DNA of 64,000 nt. Source: a virus. Each line of letters begins with the position of its first letter. Within the stretch, counting starts at the first letter, position 1. A model generated the notes under the pieces. It worked only from the letters and a program-made list of their open reading frames with translations. It did no database searches and was not told the origin of the DNA. Location of the stretch: IMG/VR virus record IMGVR_UViG_3300035670_000049, positions 1-64,000 of that record. One strand, written 5' to 3'. Of the stretch, positions 60,794 to 64,000 are shown piece after piece. Both the position numbers and the translations under genes were made by a program.

Positions 60794-61134
60794 TATCTAA
60801 TTACTCCCTTGAAATGATCCCTAGCATCAACAACTTGATAACCATATGGGAGATTTTTGAATGTCATTGCCATTCTAAGTTTGGCGATAGGATTGGATGT
60901 ATGAATAAAGAAGAAATCAACATCAACTGTTGTATTATCTTCAAAATACATCCGCTCTAGTTCTTTTACTAAATCGTATCCTTCCCTTTCTGCGTAATCA
61001 TCAAGATCATTATCTAGCCAAACTTGATCCCAATGCCCATCTACAAGTTTTTCACAAGCAGTATCGAAATCCCTGGCATATACGGCATCAAATTTAGCGA
61101 TGCGAAGATCATCAATCACTAGTTGTCTCATCAT
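60793..61134 (-). CDS. Cyclic-phosphate processing receiver-like domain protein
   Basis: IDDLR...VWLDNDL...GYDL...IHTSNP pattern. Confidence 0.7.
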   Translation of the reverse strand: MMRQLVIDDLRIAKFDAVYARDFDTACEKLVDGHWDQVWLDNDLDDYAEREGYDLVKELERMYFEDNTTVDVDFFFIHTSNPIAKLRMAMTFKNLPYGYQVVDARDHFKGVIR

Positions 61135-61588
61135 ACTCCACTACAATCAGATCATTGATAGAGCAGTTGCATTCAGGCTTACTTTCTGAAAAATAGAAAA
61201 TTGACCGTGCCCCGATCCATCCAATGTTTTTGGTTGACCATCGCAAATCCGTATGGTTCTTGCACGTCAATGCAATATGCTGACCATAAGGCTGATTTGG
61301 ATCAATAGTCTCAGTCCGCTGAATACGCTCTGCATTTTCCTTATTTACTTGCTGACAATCAGCACATTCGTCCTTTTCCCACCGACGAGCATTATGCATT
61401 TCGAAATGCTTGTGGCACAACAGGCCAAGTGCCCTATCCTGCGGACAATTGTAATTGCTGTGAATATCCTCGCCAGTATTTACAAACTTCTTTAGAGGCT
61501 TTTCACAGACACATTCATGATTGGTTAGCGTTGTCATTTTACTTGCTCCCAAGAAACTTGATATCCAGATCGGATTTCTTTCCGCCAT
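61112..61588 (-). CDS. Cys-rich hypothetical protein (start probably MTTLTN)
   Basis: GGAG SD before internal ATG. Confidence 0.65.
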   Translation of the reverse strand: MAERNPIWISSFLGASKMTTLTNHECVCEKPLKKFVNTGEDIHSNYNCPQDRALGLLCHKHFEMHNARRWEKDECADCQQVNKENAERIQRTETIDPNQPYGQHIALTCKNHTDLRWSTKNIGWIGARSIFYFSESKPECNCSINDLIVVEYDETTSD

Positions 61589-62123
61589 ACTGGAGATATT
61601 CGAAGATTTTCTTTGCTACCTCATTCTGGAGGCCGATCCAAACTTCACCATTCACCATATTGTATACGCGATAACCATTCCTCCGAATATTGTCGAGATA
61701 CATTGCATGGAGAGTGGAATTCTTTTCTCTGCCGTATCCCGTATACCGAATGCTAGAACTTCCCTTATTGGTTTTTGCGGCCATAAGGGAATTCTTTGTG
61801 CGACTCTTGGTTCGATCCCTTTCGATCTTGCTTTTCGTAGCCTCGGGAGTATTCAGACCCTTATAGGGCATTCCATTAGTTGGATGATTTTTGCGCCACG
61901 ACATATCTTCGGCATCTTGCACCATATCTTCACCGATGATTTCGATGCCTTTTGTGACGCTGAAAACCTCGATCTTATCTACGGCAAATCCCTCTGCCCG
62001 ATACTCTTTTGCAAAGATATTCGCCATCCGTGGAGAAAGCATTTCCTCCACGATTTTCCCATCAATAACGAGATTGTATCGACGGGTTTTGATCTGGTTC
62101 TCAGAAACGATCATATTTCCCAT
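61539..62123 (-). CDS. Basic hypothetical protein, first gene of leftward early operon
   Basis: Directly downstream of promoter. Confidence 0.75.
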   Translation of the reverse strand: MGNMIVSENQIKTRRYNLVIDGKIVEEMLSPRMANIFAKEYRAEGFAVDKIEVFSVTKGIEIIGEDMVQDAEDMSWRKNHPTNGMPYKGLNTPEATKSKIERDRTKSRTKNSLMAAKTNKGSSSIRYTGYGREKNSTLHAMYLDNIRRNGYRVYNMVNGEVWIGLQNEVAKKIFEYLQYGGKKSDLDIKFLGSK

Positions 62124-62181
62124 TTTTTATCTCGCTTTCTTTCTGCCTCTCTGTTTTCCGTCGCTCAATTCCACTACGATA

Positions 62182-62210
62182 ATAGTAGCACGAATCGGGC
62201 GGCTTGTCAA
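62182..62210 (-). promoter_or_regulatory. Sigma70-type promoter (leftward)
   Basis: TTGACA-N17-TACTAT with TG. Confidence 0.75.
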
Positions 62211-62334
62211 GGGGTAAAATAGGCTATTTTGATGCCTAGCATAAAATCGTAAAAACGCCTGGAAAAATTCCCTAGAAAATACGCGGTAAAAATCCCGGCC
62301 TTCCCGTGGACAGTATATAAAAGGACGGGCGCGC

Positions 62335-62363
62335 GTGGTACCACATTTTTTGTTCCCTGTCAA
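62335..62363 (-). promoter_or_regulatory. Second leftward promoter
   Basis: TTGACA-N17-TACCAC (weak -10). Confidence 0.45.
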
Positions 62364-62620
62364 GGGCCATTTGTCACAAAGTTCGTAAAATTGCTATTTT
62401 ACCCTGAAAAAGCTCGTAGGACTTTACCTAGAATAAAACCCAGAATTTCCTCCCCGAGCTTAGAAATATTTTTTACGGCTAGGAATTTTATTTTTACGCC
62501 CTGAGTAACAGGCTCCCCAATGAAATTCGATTTTAAACTGGGCCTCTAAACTACCTCAAAAATAGCGCGACTAAATTCCTGACTATTTCGATGATATAAA
62601 ACCTATTTTGAAAATAAGTG

Positions 62621-62649
62621 TTGACAAGGGGAGCGCGGGCTGCTAGGAT
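62621..62649 (+). promoter_or_regulatory. Sigma70-type promoter (rightward)
   Basis: TTGACA-N17-TAGGAT with TG. Confidence 0.75.
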
Positions 62650-62727
62650 GCTCCCAGCGGTCGATGATCCGACGCGAGGGGTCAGGGACAGGGCAGACGG
62701 AGAATTCGCTAGAAAACTCCACCGGCC

Positions 62728-62756
62728 TTGACAGGGCTCCAAAAGAGTGGTAAAAC
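62728..62756 (+). promoter_or_regulatory. Second rightward promoter
   Basis: TTGACA-N17-TAAAAC with TG. Confidence 0.6.
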
Positions 62757-62830
62757 ACTCTCGTACCTTAACAACCGAATATAGTCTGCGAGATTAGTTA
62801 GCCTAACCCAAAGGAAAGGAAAACACTCTG

Positions 62831-63433
62831 ATGGCTAAGGCTACAAATGGTCAGGCTGAGAATACTCGGTCTGCCACAATCACTGTTGGCGTTGAGAATG
62901 GTGCAGGAAATGCCGTTCTTGCCGCATGGCAGGGAATTTACCACCTATTCGGTGGGCGCGGAAACTTTGAGATTACACCCGATGGTGTGATTGTCAATGA
63001 TTTCAGCGTTGATGGGAAGTATGATCCTGAGCAGATTGCTAAGGATATCTCTCATCGCAATAGGCGACTTGATCTTGTTCCCACTTATCTGTGGGTACAG
63101 GGCATGGAGCCTGAGCCCTTTGCAGATGCCAAGGAAATGACCCAGTTTATGGTTCAGTATTTCCGGGGCTCTGTTGAGGAAGGTTCTTCTCGCTCTCCTA
63201 AGTACGTTAGGGATGCGGTTGCAACCTTTAAGGCAAGCCACAATCTTGCCAAAAAGCGTGGGCCTCGCAAGAAGATTTTCCGTGTGGATAATCTTAGCGA
63301 GATTGACGAGAATACTCTCGTTGGAGTTAATGCATCCGAACTCTCCAAACTCCGCGATGCAATTGAGAAGGCTCTTGCGACTGCTGCCACGAATACTAGT
63401 GGGGAGTCGCAGGAAGCCCCCGCTACAGTTTAA
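62831..63433 (+). CDS. Hypothetical protein with basic KKRGPRKK patch
   Basis: AAGGAAAGG SD; first gene after promoters. Confidence 0.8.
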   Translation: MAKATNGQAENTRSATITVGVENGAGNAVLAAWQGIYHLFGGRGNFEITPDGVIVNDFSVDGKYDPEQIAKDISHRNRRLDLVPTYLWVQGMEPEPFADAKEMTQFMVQYFRGSVEEGSSRSPKYVRDAVATFKASHNLAKKRGPRKKIFRVDNLSEIDENTLVGVNASELSKLRDAIEKALATAATNTSGESQEAPATV

Positions 63434-63505
63434 GTATCTGCTAACTAATCTCAACGATTATATTCGGTTGTTTCCAATTTCATCATACACTTTTAAGGGA
63501 ATACA

Positions 63506-63781
63506 ATGGCTGCACAGAGAATTCGTCATGCAAAATCTGTTCGTGAGGCAGAACAGATGCGTGACGAATTTATTACGCTTGGATACAAGGTAGAATCCTC
63601 TGGAGAGAATACTACCATCGTAAAGAAAACTTCTTGGGGCTCTGTTTCAGGGCATTTGCTAGTAGCCCTTTTTACCGTTTGGTGGACACTAGGGCTTGGA
63701 AATCTTGCTTATGCGCTAATTGCGCATAAGTCAGACGAGGTTCTAATCAAAACTGATGAGGAAGCGCTAACAACTTCTTAA
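63506..63781 (+). CDS. Small membrane protein
   Basis: TM segment HLLVALFTVWWTLGLGNL. Confidence 0.75.
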   Translation: MAAQRIRHAKSVREAEQMRDEFITLGYKVESSGENTTIVKKTSWGSVSGHLLVALFTVWWTLGLGNLAYALIAHKSDEVLIKTDEEALTTS

Positions 63782-63804
63782 GTGTTGCGCCTTTTATCCT
63801 AAAG

Positions 63805-63846
63805 GGGCTAGTTAATCCAAGGGCAAGGATTGGCTAGCCCTTTTTA
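63805..63846 (+). terminator. Rho-independent terminator
   Basis: GGGCTAGTTAATCC/GGATTGGCTAGCCC then T5. Confidence 0.85.
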
Positions 63847-63868
63847 TTTCTTTTTAAGGACAATAATT

Positions 63869-64000
63869 GTGGAAGATGTAATAGAATTTACTATTCTTTC
63901 GAGAAAGGCACATAAAGCGAAGAAGGAACATATTTGTCACGCTTGTAAACAGCCTATTATGCCCGGAGAGAAGTACCTTAAAGAAGTAGCTATTATTGAT
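63869..64000 (+). CDS. Partial ORF with H.CxxC motif, runs off window
   Basis: AAGGA SD, GTG start, AKKEHICHACKQPI. Confidence 0.7.
   Translation, partial: MEDVIEFTILSRKAHKAKKEHICHACKQPIMPGEKYLKEVAIID

Noticed and set aside
1-64000. Stop-codon reassignment or suppressor system
   Set aside because: Long genes are intact in the standard code, all three stops are used, and no CUA/UUA/UCA-anticodon tRNA was found

Overview
A 64-kb segment of a large lytic dsDNA bacteriophage genome. The host is uncertain: an actinobacterial-type lytic transglycosylase and an apparently leaderless thyX hint at Actinomycetota or Chloroflexota. 1-37 kb is on the minus strand. It carries 26 CCA-ending tRNAs covering all 20 amino acids, three giant modular fibre proteins built on a 14-aa AQAQA repeat, a glycosyltransferase/methyltransferase cluster, thyX, a Ro60/TROVE gene, PolA, primase, class II RNR and HNH nucleases. 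37-40 kb is a short plus-strand block (lytic transglycosylase, GuaB-like enzyme). 42-46.5 kb is a promoter- and repeat-rich region with single-gene cassettes. 46.5-62 kb is a dense run of small early-type genes, interrupted by a Dam-like methylase/EndoVII cassette. Top finding: directly downstream of the Ro60 gene is an array of six Y-RNA-like ncRNAs (27.6-28.7 kb). They share a covarying bulged terminal stem and three fixed motifs but carry different cargos, including a tRNA-Lys(CUU) body, a circularly permuted tRNA and a tRNA with an 8-nt anticodon loop. Other leads: a synonymously recoded gene-end duplication flanking the EndoVII cassette, possible donor-strand chaining of the fibres, a candidate ~390-nt ncRNA, an HDV-like ribozyme candidate and two repeated regulatory motifs. 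All product and structure calls were made by eye; no database searches or folding programs were run.
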